64,000 nucleotides of DNA from Escherichia coli (GCF_013122565.1 NZ_CP053258.1); one strand, 5' to 3'. Positions 12,983-26,727 are shown, numbered from the stretch's first letter. Notes: generated from the letters alone by a model not told the origin. Program-made: numbers and translations.

Positions 12983-13702
12983 GTGAATTCACTCTATACC
13001 GCTGAAGGTGTAATGGATAAACACTCGCTGTGGCAGCGTTATGTCCCGCTGGTGCGTCACGAAGCATTGCGCCTGCAGGTTCGACTGCCCGCGAGCGTGG
13101 AACTTGACGATCTGCTACAGGCGGGCGGCATTGGGTTACTTAATGCCGTCGAACGCTATGACGCCCTACAAGGAACGGCATTTACAACTTACGCAGTGCA
13201 GCGTATCCGTGGCGCTATGTTGGATGAACTTCGCAGCCGTGACTGGGTGCCGCGCAGCGTGCGACGCAACGCGCGTGAAGTGGCACAGGCAATAGGGCAA
13301 CTGGAGCAGGAACTTGGCCGCAACGCCACGGAAACTGAGGTAGCGGAACGTTTAGGGATCGATATTGCCGATTATCGCCAAATGTTGCTCGACACCAATA
13401 ACAGCCAGCTCTTCTCCTACGATGAGTGGCGCGAAGAGCACGGCGATAGCATCGAACTGGTTACTGATGATCATCAGCGAGAAAACCCGCTACAACAACT
13501 GCTGGACAGTAATCTGCGTCAGCGGGTGATGGAAGCCATCGAAACGTTGCCGGAGCGCGAAAAACTGGTATTAACCCTCTATTACCAGGAAGAGCTGAAT
13601 CTCAAAGAGATTGGCGCGGTGCTGGAGGTCGGGGAATCGCGGGTCAGTCAGTTACACAGCCAGGCTATTAAACGGTTACGCACTAAACTGGGTAAGTTAT
13701 AA
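12983..13702 (+). CDS. fliA: Flagellar sigma factor sigma-28 (FliA)
   Basis: ORF 12983..13702 (GTG start), 239 aa, ...NSLYTAEGVMDKHSLWQRYVPLVRHEALRL...; full-length match to FliA. Confidence 0.95.
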   Translation: MNSLYTAEGVMDKHSLWQRYVPLVRHEALRLQVRLPASVELDDLLQAGGIGLLNAVERYDALQGTAFTTYAVQRIRGAMLDELRSRDWVPRSVRRNAREVAQAIGQLEQELGRNATETEVAERLGIDIADYRQMLLDTNNSQLFSYDEWREEHGDSIELVTDDHQRENPLQQLLDSNLRQRVMEAIETLPEREKLVLTLYYQEELNLKEIGAVLEVGESRVSQLHSQAIKRLRTKLGKL

Positions 13703-13747
13703 CGTCAGTAAATGCCGCACTTTAACTTTGACTACCAGGAGTTCTTA

Positions 13748-14299
13748 ATGATGGTGCAGCACCTGAAAAGACGGCCATTAAGCCGCTATCTTAAAGACTT
13801 TAAACACAGCCAGACCCATTGCGCGCATTGCCGTAAATTACTCGATCGCATTACCTTAGTTCGCGACGGCAAAATAGTGAATAAAATCGAGATTTCCCGC
13901 CTGGACACGCTGCTTGATGAAAATGGCTGGCAAACGGAACAAAAATCATGGGCGGCATTGTGCCGATTTTGCGGTGATTTACATTGCAAAACGCAGAGTG
14001 ATTTTTTCGATATTATCGGCTTTAAGCAATTTCTTTTTGAGCAAACTGAAATGAGCCCTGGTACGGTGCGTGAATATGTCGTTCGTCTGCGCCGTTTGGG
14101 GAATCATCTACATGAGCAAAATATTTCCCTCGATCAGCTGCAGGACGGTTTCCTTGATGAAATCCTCGCCCCGTGGCTGCCCACCACCAGCACCAACAAT
14201 TACCGCATCGCATTACGGAAGTATCAACACTATCAGCGTCAAACGTGTACCGGACTTGTGCAGAAATCCTCCAGCCTGCCTGCTTCTGATATATATTAA
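13748..14299 (+). CDS. fliZ: Flagellar regulatory protein FliZ
   Basis: ORF 13712..14299 trimmed to MMVQHLKRRPLSRYLKDF... at 13748, 183 aa. Confidence 0.9.
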   Translation: MMVQHLKRRPLSRYLKDFKHSQTHCAHCRKLLDRITLVRDGKIVNKIEISRLDTLLDENGWQTEQKSWAALCRFCGDLHCKTQSDFFDIIGFKQFLFEQTEMSPGTVREYVVRLRRLGNHLHEQNISLDQLQDGFLDEILAPWLPTTSTNNYRIALRKYQHYQRQTCTGLVQKSSSLPASDIY

Positions 14300-14386
14300 A
14301 TAAGAATAAGATGTAGCGGAGTTGTTTTTGTGTTTACAAACAATGGCTCTACACTGCAAACAGACATAACAACATTCGGGGTGAAT

Positions 14387-16278
<1,892 letters not shown>

Positions 16279-16292
16279 CTCCGGAAACGCTC

Positions 16293-16961
16293 ATGCAAGA
16301 AAGTATACAACTGGTTATTGATTCCTTGCCGTTCCTGCTGAAAGGGGCTGGGTATACGCTGCAACTCAGTATCGGCGGCATGTTTTTTGGCTTACTGCTA
16401 GGGTTTATTCTCGCGCTGATGCGCCTGTCGCCAATCTGGCCCGTGCGCTGGCTGGCGCGTTTTTATATCTCTATTTTTCGTGGTACACCGCTCATCGCAC
16501 AACTGTTTATGATCTATTACGGCTTGCCGCAGTTTGGCATCGAATTAGATCCCATTCCGTCAGCAATGATTGGTCTGTCGCTGAACACTGCCGCCTATGC
16601 CGCCGAAACACTGCGCGCCGCCATTTCTTCTATTGATAAAGGTCAGTGGGAAGCGGCAGCCAGTATTGGTATGACGCCGTGGCAGACCATGCGTCGCGCG
16701 ATTTTGCCACAGGCGGCGCGTGTGGCGTTGCCGCCGCTGTCGAACAGCTTTATCAGCCTGGTAAAAGATACGTCGCTGGCCGCGACAATCCAGGTGCCGG
16801 AGCTGTTCCGTCAGGCACAGTTGATTACCTCGCGTACGCTGGAGGTGTTCACCATGTATCTGGCGGCTTCGCTCATCTACTGGATCATGGCGACTGTGTT
16901 ATCGACGTTGCAGAACCATTTTGAGAATCAACTTAATCGCCAGGAGAGAGAACCAAAATGA
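16293..16961 (+). CDS. tcyL: L-cystine ABC transporter permease TcyL (YecS)
   Basis: ORF 16293..16961, 222 aa, polar amino-acid ABC permease; overlaps tcyN start. Confidence 0.9.
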   Translation: MQESIQLVIDSLPFLLKGAGYTLQLSIGGMFFGLLLGFILALMRLSPIWPVRWLARFYISIFRGTPLIAQLFMIYYGLPQFGIELDPIPSAMIGLSLNTAAYAAETLRAAISSIDKGQWEAAASIGMTPWQTMRRAILPQAARVALPPLSNSFISLVKDTSLAATIQVPELFRQAQLITSRTLEVFTMYLAASLIYWIMATVLSTLQNHFENQLNRQEREPK

Positions 16962-17710
16962 GTGCCATTGAAGTTAAGAACCTGGTGAAAAAATTCCACG
17001 GTCAGACGGTGCTGCACGGTATCGACCTCGAGGTAAAGCCTGGCGAAGTGGTGGCAATTATCGGTCCGAGTGGTTCCGGCAAAACCACGTTGCTACGCAG
17101 CATAAATCTGCTGGAACAACCGGAAGCGGGAACCATCACCGTTGGCGATATCACTATTGATACTGCACGTTCATTAAGTCAGCAAAAATCGCTGATTCGC
17201 CAGTTGCGTCAGCACGTCGGGTTTGTCTTCCAGAACTTTAATTTGTTTCCGCATCGTACGGTGCTGGAGAACATTATTGAAGGGCCGGTGATCGTCAAAG
17301 GCGAACCGAAAGAAGAGGCCACGGCGCGCGCTCGCGAGCTGTTGGCGAAAGTTGGGCTGGCCGGTAAAGAAACCAGCTATCCACGTCGTTTGTCTGGCGG
17401 TCAACAGCAGCGTGTTGCGATCGCGCGTGCGCTGGCAATGCGTCCTGAGGTGATTTTGTTTGACGAGCCAACGTCGGCGCTGGATCCAGAGCTGGTGGGC
17501 GAAGTCCTGAACACCATCCGTCAGCTGGCGCAGGAAAAGCGCACGATGGTGATTGTGACGCACGAAATGAGCTTTGCGCGGGATGTTGCGGACCGGGCGA
17601 TCTTTATGGACCAGGGGCGGATAGTCGAGCAGGGGGCCGCAAAAGCGTTATTTGCCGATCCCGAGCAGCCTCGCACCCGCCAGTTCCTCGAGAAGTTTCT
17701 GCTGCAATAA
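16958..17710 (+). CDS. tcyN: L-cystine ABC transporter ATP-binding protein TcyN (YecC)
   Basis: ORF 16958..17710, 250 aa; Walker A GPSGSGKTT, ABC signature LSGGQQQR, Walker B ILFDEPTSALD. Confidence 0.92.
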   Translation: MSAIEVKNLVKKFHGQTVLHGIDLEVKPGEVVAIIGPSGSGKTTLLRSINLLEQPEAGTITVGDITIDTARSLSQQKSLIRQLRQHVGFVFQNFNLFPHRTVLENIIEGPVIVKGEPKEEATARARELLAKVGLAGKETSYPRRLSGGQQQRVAIARALAMRPEVILFDEPTSALDPELVGEVLNTIRQLAQEKRTMVIVTHEMSFARDVADRAIFMDQGRIVEQGAAKALFADPEQPRTRQFLEKFLLQ

Positions 17711-17721
17711 TAAGAAAAAAT

Positions 17722-17750
17722 CCGCCCCGACGATTCGACAGTCGGGGCGG
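17722..17750 (+). terminator. Possible terminator hairpin after tcyN
   Basis: Inverted repeat ccgccccgac...gtcggggcgg directly after the tcyN stop; no clear T-run on the + strand, so weak. Confidence 0.35.
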
Positions 17751-17939
17751 AACGCCATTTCAAGCGTGATAAAACTGTTTAACAAATCAGCATAACTCAT
17801 TAATAACATAAGAGAATGCGATGGCTTGCAAAAGTAATTCATTGTCTGAATAATATAAATTATATATAAATCTTATTTATGTGATAGTTTGAATTATCAT
17901 TATAAATGATACTCACTCTCAGGGGCGTTGCGGTTTACT

Positions 17940-18662
17940 ATGCAGGATACGGATTTTTTCAGCTGGCGTCGCACGATGCTGTTGCATTTTCAGAGGATGG
18001 AGGCCGCAGAAGAGGTCTACCATGAAATAGAGCTTCAGGCTCAGCTGCTGGAGTACGATTACTATTCGTTATGTGTTCGCCACCCGGTACCATTCACGCG
18101 ACCTAAAGTGGCTTTCTACACCAATTACCCTGAGGCGTGGGTTAGTTATTATCAGGCAAAAAACTTTCTCGCAATTGATCCGGTGCTGAACCCTGAAAAC
18201 TTTAGTCAGGGCCATTTAATGTGGAATGATGACTTATTCAGCGAAGCACAGCCGTTATGGGAAGCCGCGCGCGCACATGGTTTACGCCGCGGTGTCACTC
18301 AGTATTTAATGCTGCCAAACCGGGCGCTGGGCTTTTTGTCCTTTTCCCGTTGCAGCGCGCGCGAAATACCCATTCTTAGTGATGAACTGCAATTAAAAAT
18401 GCAGTTACTGGTGCGCGAAAGTCTGATGGCTCTGATGCGTTTAAATGATGAAATAGTGATGACGCCAGAGATGAATTTCAGCAAGCGCGAAAAAGAAATT
18501 CTGAGGTGGACGGCGGAAGGGAAGACATCAGCAGAGATAGCGATGATTTTGTCAATCTCTGAGAATACGGTCAATTTCCACCAGAAAAACATGCAGAAAA
18601 AAATTAATGCACCAAATAAGACCCAGGTTGCCTGTTACGCGGCCGCTACTGGCTTAATTTGA
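17940..18662 (+). CDS. sdiA: LuxR-family quorum-sensing regulator SdiA
   Basis: ORF 17928..18662 trimmed to MQDTDFFSWRRTMLL... at 17940, 240 aa; C-terminal HTH (EKEILRWTAEGKTSAEIAMILSISENTVNFHQKNM). Confidence 0.92.
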   Translation: MQDTDFFSWRRTMLLHFQRMEAAEEVYHEIELQAQLLEYDYYSLCVRHPVPFTRPKVAFYTNYPEAWVSYYQAKNFLAIDPVLNPENFSQGHLMWNDDLFSEAQPLWEAARAHGLRRGVTQYLMLPNRALGFLSFSRCSAREIPILSDELQLKMQLLVRESLMALMRLNDEIVMTPEMNFSKREKEILRWTAEGKTSAEIAMILSISENTVNFHQKNMQKKINAPNKTQVACYAAATGLI

Positions 18663-18690
18663 TCTCTTTTCTGTCCTGCGTGCCAGATGC

Positions 18691-18727
18691 AAAAACCGGC
18701 TGAAAGGCACGCTATCAGCCGGTTTTA
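18691..18727. terminator. Bidirectional terminator between convergent sdiA and yecF
   Basis: Hairpin ccggctga...tcagccgg flanked by an A-run upstream and a T-run downstream. Confidence 0.6.
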
Positions 18728-18729
18728 TA

Positions 18730-18954
18730 TTACTGACGGTAGGCTTGTTTAATTTGCTTAACCGTTTTGGAAAATACTGCAGCCTGGGTTTCGTCTTCGA
18801 TCAGCGCAAGCTGTTTTTCCATCTTTAACATCACGCGGCCCGCGTCAGCTTGTCCCATCGCCTGCAGCATCAGCGTCAGCATCGCTTTCAGGCAGGAGAC
18901 TTCATTTGCCAGTTCTTGATTATTCTCGGCAGTAGAAAAATCAGGCGTACTCAT
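18730..18954 (-). CDS. yecF: Small protein YecF (DUF2594)
   Basis: ORF 18730..18954, 74 aa, [20 protein letters not shown]...; position between sdiA and uvrY. Confidence 0.85.
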
Positions 18955-19411
18955 TTATTTTCCTCGTCATGTTGCAATGAAAATTTGCGGTGAAAAATGT
19001 TAAGGCGGCGGAGTATACCATAAGCTTTGCTAAAAATAGCAGTGGTTGTTTTTTGAGCGTGCCGTCAACGGTGCTATTAAATGCGTTAATATAATGACCA
19101 ATAAATATTTTTATCATGAATGTTTTTGCCCGTATTGTTCGGGTTAATTAATGTTACATATTCAGCGGGCTGATTTTCATTTTTGCTGAATAAAGGTAAT
19201 TTTTGTCACATTTCGTCGCAGGGCTTACTGTGAAACGATCCGGTAAGCCGTTGGTGACGGGCGTGACCATAACTGTGGACAATCGAATTGACAAAAACGA
19301 GAGAAAAATCGAATACCCACCATTTTTAACGTTTCAAAGTTGCAATAAAAACCGCTAATATACGAATGACTAACTATCAGTAGCGTTATCCCTATTTCTG
19401 GAGATATTCCT

Positions 19412-20068
19412 TTGATCAACGTTCTACTTGTTGATGACCACGAACTGGTGCGCGCAGGGATACGACGCATTCTGGAAGATATAAAGGGTATAAAAGTCGT
19501 CGGTGAGGCATCGTGCGGTGAAGACGCCGTTAAGTGGTGCCGGGCAAATGCCGTTGACGTGGTGCTAATGGACATGAGTATGCCGGGCATTGGCGGTCTT
19601 GAGGCGACGCGTAAAATCGCGCGTTCCACAGCTGATGTAAAAATCATCATGCTTACCGTCCATACAGAAAACCCTTTACCAGCGAAAGTCATGCAGGCCG
19701 GTGCTGCGGGCTACCTCAGCAAAGGCGCGGCTCCGCAGGAAGTCGTGAGTGCGATTCGTTCTGTCTATTCTGGGCAGCGTTACATTGCTTCTGACATCGC
19801 TCAACAAATGGCATTAAGCCAGATCGAACCAGAAAAAACAGAAAGCCCATTTGCCAGTTTGTCTGAACGTGAATTGCAGATTATGCTGATGATCACTAAG
19901 GGCCAGAAGGTCAATGAGATCTCAGAACAGCTCAATCTCAGTCCGAAAACGGTGAACAGCTACCGCTATCGAATGTTCAGTAAACTAAACATTCATGGCG
20001 ATGTTGAGCTGACTCACCTGGCAATTCGCCATGGTCTGTGTAATGCGGAGACATTATCAAGTCAGTGA
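19412..20068 (+). CDS. uvrY: Response regulator UvrY (BarA/UvrY two-component system)
   Basis: ORF 19412..20068, 218 aa, [23 protein letters not shown]...; receiver plus LuxR-type HTH domains. Confidence 0.95.
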   Translation: MINVLLVDDHELVRAGIRRILEDIKGIKVVGEASCGEDAVKWCRANAVDVVLMDMSMPGIGGLEATRKIARSTADVKIIMLTVHTENPLPAKVMQAGAAGYLSKGAAPQEVVSAIRSVYSGQRYIASDIAQQMALSQIEPEKTESPFASLSERELQIMLMITKGQKVNEISEQLNLSPKTVNSYRYRMFSKLNIHGDVELTHLAIRHGLCNAETLSSQ

Positions 20069-21897
20069 GTGATCAGTTTGACGCAAAAGCGTTTTTAAAA
20101 ACCGTAACCAGCCAGCCAGGCGTTTATCGCATGTACGATGCTGGTGGTACGGTTATCTATGTCGGCAAAGCGAAAGACCTGAAAAAACGGCTTTCCAGCT
20201 ATTTCCGTAGCAACCTCGCTTCGCGCAAAACCGAAGCGCTGGTCGCCCAGATCCAGCAAATTGATGTAACGGTTACTCATACAGAAACCGAAGCGCTGTT
20301 GCTGGAACACAACTACATCAAACTCTATCAGCCGCGTTACAACGTTTTGCTACGCGATGATAAATCATATCCTTTTATCTTCCTGAGTGGTGATACCCAC
20401 CCGCGTCTGGCGATGCATCGTGGTGCAAAGCATGCCAAAGGTGAATATTTCGGCCCGTTCCCGAATGGCTATGCCGTACGTGAAACACTGGCGCTACTGC
20501 AAAAGATTTTCCCCATTCGCCAGTGCGAAAACAGTGTTTATCGCAATCGCTCGCGTCCGTGTCTGCAATATCAGATAGGGCGCTGTCTGGGGCCGTGCGT
20601 TGAAGGACTGGTGAGTGAAGAAGAATACGCTCAGCAGGTCGAGTATGTGCGCCTGTTTTTGTCTGGCAAAGATGATCAGGTGCTTACGCAACTGATTAGC
20701 CGTATGGAAACTGCCAGCCAGAATCTGGAGTTTGAAGAAGCGGCACGTATTCGCGACCAAATTCAGGCGGTGCGACGCGTCACCGAAAAACAGTTTGTTT
20801 CCAATACCGGCGACGACCTTGACGTTATTGGTGTGGCGTTCGATGCGGGCATGGCTTGTGTCCACGTATTGTTCATTCGTCAGGGCAAAGTGCTCGGCAG
20901 CCGCAGCTATTTCCCGAAAGTGCCTGGCGGTACGGAACTGAGCGAGGTGGTGGAAACCTTCGTAGGTCAGTTCTATTTACAAGGCAGCCAGATGCGCACC
21001 TTACCGGGTGAGATCCTGCTCGATTTTAATCTTAGCGATAAAACGCTGCTCGCCGATTCCCTTTCAGAACTGGCGGGACGCAAGATTAATGTTCAAACCA
21101 AACCTCGCGGCGATCGGGCGCGTTATCTGAAACTCGCGCGCACCAATGCGGCGACGGCCTTAACCAGCAAACTTTCGCAGCAATCTACCGTTCACCAGCG
21201 GCTGACAGCGCTTGCCAGCGTGTTAAAATTGCCGGAAGTGAAGCGGATGGAGTGCTTTGACATCAGCCATACCATGGGGGAACAAACCGTCGCTTCCTGT
21301 GTGGTGTTTGATGCTAACGGCCCGCTGCGTGCGGAGTATCGGCGCTATAACATTACTGGCATCACGCCGGGCGATGATTATGCGGCGATGAATCAGGTGC
21401 TGCGTCGGCGTTATGGTAAAGCCATCGACGACAGTAAGATGCCGGATGTGATCCTTATCGACGGCGGCAAAGGCCAGCTTGCGCAGGCGAAAAATGTCTT
21501 CGCCGAACTGGATGTCTCATGGGATAAAAATCATCCGCTGCTACTTGGCGTTGCCAAAGGAGCAGATCGTAAGGCTGGGCTGGAAACGCTGTTCTTTGAG
21601 CCGGAAGGTGAGGGATTCAGTTTGCCGCCAGATTCTCCCGCGCTGCATGTTATCCAGCATATTCGCGATGAATCACATGATCACGCGATTGGCGGGCACC
21701 GTAAAAAACGGGCGAAGGTCAAAAATACCAGTTCCCTGGAAACCATTGAAGGCGTCGGGCCAAAACGCCGGCAAATGTTGTTGAAATATATGGGTGGTTT
21801 GCAAGGTTTACGTAACGCCAGCGTCGAGGAAATTGCAAAAGTGCCGGGTATTTCGCAAGGTCTGGCAGAAAAGATCTTCTGGTCGTTGAAACATTGA
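20065..21897 (+). CDS. uvrC: Excinuclease ABC subunit C (UvrC)
   Basis: ORF 20065..21897 (GTG start overlapping uvrY stop), 610 aa; GIY-YIG motif region ([24 protein letters not shown]). Confidence 0.95.
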   Translation: MSDQFDAKAFLKTVTSQPGVYRMYDAGGTVIYVGKAKDLKKRLSSYFRSNLASRKTEALVAQIQQIDVTVTHTETEALLLEHNYIKLYQPRYNVLLRDDKSYPFIFLSGDTHPRLAMHRGAKHAKGEYFGPFPNGYAVRETLALLQKIFPIRQCENSVYRNRSRPCLQYQIGRCLGPCVEGLVSEEEYAQQVEYVRLFLSGKDDQVLTQLISRMETASQNLEFEEAARIRDQIQAVRRVTEKQFVSNTGDDLDVIGVAFDAGMACVHVLFIRQGKVLGSRSYFPKVPGGTELSEVVETFVGQFYLQGSQMRTLPGEILLDFNLSDKTLLADSLSELAGRKINVQTKPRGDRARYLKLARTNAATALTSKLSQQSTVHQRLTALASVLKLPEVKRMECFDISHTMGEQTVASCVVFDANGPLRAEYRRYNITGITPGDDYAAMNQVLRRRYGKAIDDSKMPDVILIDGGKGQLAQAKNVFAELDVSWDKNHPLLLGVAKGADRKAGLETLFFEPEGEGFSLPPDSPALHVIQHIRDESHDHAIGGHRKKRAKVKNTSSLETIEGVGPKRRQMLLKYMGGLQGLRNASVEEIAKVPGISQGLAEKIFWSLKH

Positions 21898-21953
21898 TGT
21901 CTCTGTAGCAACATAGGGGTAATCTTACTGACAACAGATAGTTACCCGTCATT

Positions 21954-22502
21954 ATGCAATTTAATATCCCTACGTTGCTTACACTGTTCCGTGTCATCCT
22001 TATCCCATTCTTTGTATTGGTCTTTTATCTGCCTGTCACCTGGTCGCCGTTTGCCGCCGCGCTCATTTTCTGCGTCGCGGCGGTGACTGACTGGTTCGAT
22101 GGTTTTCTGGCACGCCGCTGGAACCAGAGTACCCGGTTTGGTGCTTTCCTTGACCCTGTCGCAGATAAAGTTCTCGTGGCTATCGCCATGGTGCTGGTAA
22201 CCGAGCATTATCACAGCTGGTGGGTGACCTTACCGGCGGCAACGATGATCGCCCGTGAGATTATTATTTCTGCGCTACGCGAATGGATGGCGGAGTTGGG
22301 TAAACGCAGTAGCGTGGCTGTCTCCTGGATTGGGAAAGTGAAAACTACTGCCCAGATGGTGGCGTTGGCCTGGCTGCTGTGGCGTCCGAACATTTGGGTT
22401 GAGTACGCCGGTATTGCACTTTTCTTTGTGGCTGCGGTACTGACTCTGTGGTCAATGTTGCAATATTTGAGCGCTGCGCGTGCAGATTTGCTTGATCAGT
22501 GA
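21954..22502 (+). CDS. pgsA: CDP-diacylglycerol--glycerol-3-phosphate 3-phosphatidyltransferase PgsA
   Basis: ORF 21954..22502, 182 aa; CDP-alcohol phosphotransferase motif region ([27 protein letters not shown]). Confidence 0.95.
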
Positions 22503-22653
22503 TCGTTTCGACGCAATTTTCAGCAAACGATCAAAAGTGGTGAAAAATATCGTTGACTCATCGCGCCAGGTAAGTAGAATGCAACGCATCGAACGGCGGC
22601 ACTGATTGCCAGACGATAATAAAATCAAGTGATTAACTGATTGCTTGATGAAT

Positions 22654-22729
<76 letters not shown>

Positions 22730-22782
22730 GTTTAAAAGACATCGGCGTCAGCGGATGTCTGGCTGAAAGGCCTGAAGAATTT

Positions 22783-22856
22783 GGCGCGTTAACAAAGCGG
22801 TTATGTAGCGGATTGCAAATCCGTCTAGTCCGGTTCGACTCCGGAACGCGCCTCCA
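22783..22856 (+). tRNA. cysT: tRNA-Cys (anticodon GCA)
   Basis: ggcgcgttaacaaagcggttatgtagcggattGCAaatccgtctagtccggttcgactccggaacgcgcctcca. Confidence 0.95.
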
Positions 22857-22868
22857 CTTTCTTCCCGA

Positions 22869-22955
22869 GCCCGGATGGTGGAATCGGTAGACACAAGGGA
22901 TTTAAAATCCCTCGGCGTTCGCGCTGTGCGGGTTCAAGTCCCGCTCCGGGTACCA
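22869..22955 (+). tRNA. leuZ: tRNA-Leu (anticodon TAA), long variable arm
   Basis: gcccggatggtggaatcggtagacacaagggattTAAaatccctcggcgttcgcgctgtgcgggttcaagtcccgctccgggtacca. Confidence 0.95.
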
Positions 22956-22997
22956 TGGGAAAGATAAGAATAAAATCAAAGCAATAAGCAGTGTCGT

Positions 22998-23023
22998 GAA
23001 ACCACCTTCGGGTGGTTTTTTTG
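22998..23023 (+). terminator. Rho-independent terminator of the glyW-cysT-leuZ operon
   Basis: Hairpin aaaccaccttcgggtggttt followed by ttttttt. Confidence 0.7.
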
Positions 23024-23150
23024 TGCCTGCAACTTGTCGTTACACCCTCCTTAATTTTTAATCACCGGCAAAGCCACTCAAAAAGTATCTCTGATACGGA
23101 CCGACATGTAAGATAGGTGCTGGCGAGTTGAGATCCACAAGGAAAAGCGT

Positions 23151-23816
23151 ATGAAAACGGGACCGTTAAACGAAAGTGAGTTGGAATGGCTGGACGATAT
23201 TCTGACCAAATACAACACTGACCACGCCATTCTTGATGTGGCGGAGCTGGACGGTTTATTGACGGCGGTGTTGAGTTCTCCGCAAGAGATTGAACCGGCA
23301 CAGTGGCTGGTTGCCGTATGGGGTGGGGCTGACTATGTGCCACGCTGGGCGTCAGAGAAAGAGATGACGCGCTTTATGAACCTGGCTTTTCAGCATATGG
23401 CCGATACCGCAGAGCGTCTGAACGAATTCCCGGAGCAGTTTGAGCCGTTATTCGGCTTGCGAGAAGTCGATGGCAGCGAGCTGACGATTGTTGAGGAGTG
23501 GTGCTTTGGCTATATGCGGGGCGTGGCACTTTCTGACTGGTCAACGTTGCCCGATTCGTTAAAACCAGCGCTGGAGGCGATTGCGCTGCACGGTACTGAG
23601 GAAAACTTCGAGCGGGTAGAGAAGATGTCGCCAGAAGCGTTTGAAGAGAGCGTAGATGCCATTCGACTGGCGGCGCTTGATTTACATGCGTACTGGATGG
23701 CCCATCCGCAGGAAAAAGCTGTTCAGCAACCGATCAAAGCAGAAGAGAAACCTGGGCGCAACGATCCTTGTCCGTGCGGCAGTGGTAAGAAATTTAAGCA
23801 GTGCTGCCTGCATTAA
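23151..23816 (+). CDS. yecA: YecA (UPF0149 protein with C-terminal SEC-C zinc-binding motif)
   Basis: ORF 23151..23816, 221 aa; C-terminal [13 protein letters not shown] metal-binding motif. Confidence 0.9.
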   Translation: MKTGPLNESELEWLDDILTKYNTDHAILDVAELDGLLTAVLSSPQEIEPAQWLVAVWGGADYVPRWASEKEMTRFMNLAFQHMADTAERLNEFPEQFEPLFGLREVDGSELTIVEEWCFGYMRGVALSDWSTLPDSLKPALEAIALHGTEENFERVEKMSPEAFEESVDAIRLAALDLHAYWMAHPQEKAVQQPIKAEEKPGRNDPCPCGSGKKFKQCCLH

Positions 23817-23825
23817 GAGGTCACA

Positions 23826-23860
23826 TTGGGTGTCAGCGTTAATTCTGGCACCCAATAAGG
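23826..23860. terminator. Hairpin between convergent yecA and tyrP
   Basis: Inverted repeat attgggtg...cacccaat in the 61-bp convergent spacer. Confidence 0.4.
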
Positions 23861-23877
23861 AATTTGAGGCTATCTGA

Positions 23878-25089
23878 TCACCCCACTTCTGGTAACAACC
23901 CTGCCGCAATCAAAAATTGCACGCTAATCACAGCAATACCACAGAGAAACACCACCACCAGCGCCGGACGACCACCTTTGACCCGGTAACCCGCCTGAGG
24001 ATTGTGCTTTCTGCTTTGCCAGGTCAACAGCGAAGGGATAATCAATGCCAGTACCGCCAGCGCCACACCGGCGTAACCCAGCGCCATCACAAATCCTCGT
24101 GGATAAAACAGTGCAAACGCCAACGGCGGCAGAAAGGTAATTGCACCAGTTTGCAATCGTCCACCAACGGTATTTGAACGCTGAAACAAATCAGCCAGAT
24201 AATCAAATAAGCCTAACGCAACGCCGAGAAATGACGTGGCGAGCGCTAAATCAGCAAATAAATGCACTGCCAGCTCAACATGCGGAGAGGCCACCATTTC
24301 GCGTAACGCCTGTAACAGCCCGTTTAATCCAGCATGATTAGCCAGCAATCCCATAAAGGTTGTTGAATCAATGCTGCCAAGCGTCGCCACCTGCCAGAAA
24401 ATATATGCCACCAGGGGGATCGCACTACCAGTTATAAACACCCAGCGTAGCTTACGAATGTTGCCATCCATATAACTGACAATGCTCGGCACGCTGCCGT
24501 GAAAACCAAACGACGTAAAAATCACCGGGATTGCAGACAGTGCCAGCCCCTGTTGCAATGGCAGGGTTAAAAGATTCACCTTGTGAATATGTGGAAGCAG
24601 CAGTACCAGCATTACCACCAGAAAAATAATTTTGGCGCTGAACAGAAAACGGTTAAATAAATCGACCAGCGAAGTTCCAACACAAACCACGCCACCGGCA
24701 ACAAAAGTGAACAACAGCACGCCAGCGGTTGCCGACATTGAAATACCTGTCCAGTCGCTGATGCTGGAGGCCAACAATTCACCGGCACCGCTGATGTATG
24801 CCGCAGTCAGAGCATACATTAAGAACATCATACTGAAGCCCGTCAGCCACTGACCGTAGCGTCCCAGATAGCGTTTTGCCAGCGTGCCCAAGCCGGTATC
24901 TGCCGGGACATGCTGGTACACCTCCAGCAGTAATAGCGCCGTGTAGCACATCAACGCCCAAAGCCCAATCAACAATATTAACGTGACGCTAAAACCAACA
25001 CCTGCCGCAGCCAGCGGCATTGCCAGCATACCTGCGCCAATTGTGGTTCCCGCCACGATAAAAACACTTCCCAGAGTTCTGTTTTTCAC
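23878..25089 (-). CDS. tyrP: Tyrosine-specific transport protein TyrP
   Basis: ORF 23878..25089, 403 aa, [30 protein letters not shown]...; multi-TM aromatic amino-acid permease. Confidence 0.95.
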   Translation of the reverse strand: MKNRTLGSVFIVAGTTIGAGMLAMPLAAAGVGFSVTLILLIGLWALMCYTALLLLEVYQHVPADTGLGTLAKRYLGRYGQWLTGFSMMFLMYALTAAYISGAGELLASSISDWTGISMSATAGVLLFTFVAGGVVCVGTSLVDLFNRFLFSAKIIFLVVMLVLLLPHIHKVNLLTLPLQQGLALSAIPVIFTSFGFHGSVPSIVSYMDGNIRKLRWVFITGSAIPLVAYIFWQVATLGSIDSTTFMGLLANHAGLNGLLQALREMVASPHVELAVHLFADLALATSFLGVALGLFDYLADLFQRSNTVGGRLQTGAITFLPPLAFALFYPRGFVMALGYAGVALAVLALIIPSLLTWQSRKHNPQAGYRVKGGRPALVVVFLCGIAVISVQFLIAAGLLPEVG

Positions 25090-25277
25090 GCTTTCTTCTG
25101 TCCTGACGATCTTTATGAGTGATATCTGCGGCGCAGGTTAAGGCATTACGTCTGATTCGTCAAACCGACGTTACATATGATGTAAAGATAAATGTACAAT
25201 AAAAACATTCAGTCCTGCGCTGGCGCAAAGTCTTCATAAGCGGCAATCGGTACGCTAGGCTTTTTTGAGGAGGAACG

Positions 25278-25517
25278 ATGGACTCTATTCACGGTCACGA
25301 AGTGTTAAATATGATGATTGAATCAGGCGAGCAATATACGCATGCGAGTCTGGAAGCAGCGATTAAAGCGCGTTTCGGTGAACAGGCACGTTTTCACACC
25401 TGCTCGGCAGAAGGGATGACAGCGGGAGAGCTGGTAGCGTTTCTGGCAGCAAAAGGCAAATTTATACCTTCAGAAGAAGGTTTTTCGACCGATCAGAGTA
25501 AGATTTGCCGTCACTGA
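25278..25517 (+). CDS. yecH: Small protein YecH (DUF2492)
   Basis: ORF 25278..25517, 79 aa; conserved position between tyrP and ftnA. Confidence 0.85.
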   Translation: MDSIHGHEVLNMMIESGEQYTHASLEAAIKARFGEQARFHTCSAEGMTAGELVAFLAAKGKFIPSEEGFSTDQSKICRH

Positions 25518-25553
25518 TTTGAAACGGCGGCAGAAACCTGCCGCCGGAGAGCA

Positions 25554-26051
25554 TTAGTTTTGTGTGTCGAGGGTAGAGAGTTCTTTGTCGATAAAATACA
25601 GACCTTCGCCGCTTTTGCCTGCCAGGCTTAATTTATCAATAATCGATTTGAACAGTTTCTCTTCTTCGTGCTGCTCAGAAACATACCATTGCAAGAAATT
25701 AAATGTTGGATAGTCCTGATTGGTCATTGCAGCATGAGCCAGTTCGTTAATTTTCTGCGTGATTAATTGTTCGTGTTTATAGGTTTCCTGGAATAATTCA
25801 TCAAGTGAGGAATATTCAGCAAACGGAGATTCAACGGTATTAATACGCGGTAAATTGCCGGTATCAGTCAGGTAATCAAACAGACGCTGCATATGTGTCA
25901 TCTCTTCCTGGGCGTGGCGGCGCAGGAACGCGGCAGCACCTTCGAAGGTATGATAGCTGCACCAGGCGCTCATTTGCTGATAAAGCAGTGAAGAGTACAG
26001 TTCCAGGTTCATCTGCTCATTAAGTTTTTCAATCATTTCTGGTTTCAGCAT
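25554..26051 (-). CDS. ftnA: Ferritin FtnA
   Basis: ORF 25554..26066 trimmed to [30 protein letters not shown]... at 26049..26051, 165 aa. Confidence 0.9.
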
Positions 26052-26222
26052 GATAGTGCTCCACAAAGGTTATATTTGTTGCTGTGGCGTCACTATAATT
26101 TGTTATTTTATTATTTGCAAAAGGTAAAATATAAACTTCAATTATTAAAAATACGAATGGGAATAAAACGCATTACCGCTATTTATTTAATCAGCGAAGA
26201 TCCCCCTCGCTGATTAAAACAT

Positions 26223-26546
26223 TTAGAGAAAGACAGGGAAGGCGGAATGATGGCACTGATATGACAAAGTGAATTCCGTATTCAAACATAAGGAACCCGC
26301 AAAGAGGCTACAGTTGCCTACTGGCTGACCAAAGGGGATAGCGTGGGTATAGCCTTCCTGCTGGCATGCGCGATCGGCGATCCCGCGACTGACATAACGA
26401 TCGGTATGGGCATGCTGCAAAAAAGCCTGGTCATAAACCAACCGTACAATACCTGTTGCCGCGTCAACTTCGCTCACATGGGCCTGGCGAGTAACCGTAC
26501 ACCCCGCCAGCGTTATTAATGAAAGAGTCAGAATCAGAAGTCTCAT
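26223..26546 (-). CDS. yecR: Lipoprotein YecR
   Basis: ORF 26223..26546, 107 aa, MRLLILTLSLITLAGCTV...; signal peptide plus lipobox LAGC. Confidence 0.85.
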   Translation of the reverse strand: MRLLILTLSLITLAGCTVTRQAHVSEVDAATGIVRLVYDQAFLQHAHTDRYVSRGIADRACQQEGYTHAIPFGQPVGNCSLFAGSLCLNTEFTLSYQCHHSAFPVFL

Positions 26547-26711
26547 GGTCCAGCCAGAAGAGTAAGAGAAAGCACTATTTTACGCGTTACAGCGCTGCGA
26601 CAATGGCCGGAAAAGACGCCTGGCAGGCGCTATTTCTTGCCATCTGTAGGTGTCAGAAATAGGGGGGCTGTTTTTTTGATTATCATTTTTATAACATTAA
26701 AGGGGTATTTA

Positions 26712-26727
26712 TGTGATTTGTATCACA
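26712..26727. promoter_or_regulatory. CRP binding site upstream of azuC
   Basis: tgtgatttgtatcaca is a perfect TGTGA-N6-TCACA CRP consensus; a second, weaker site tgtgatggttgtcata lies at 26742..26757. Confidence 0.6.

Noticed and set aside
19225-19692. 155-aa minus-strand ORF overlapping the uvrY start and promoter
   Set aside because: Overlaps the genuine uvrY N-terminus on the opposite strand and has no family resemblance; likely spurious.
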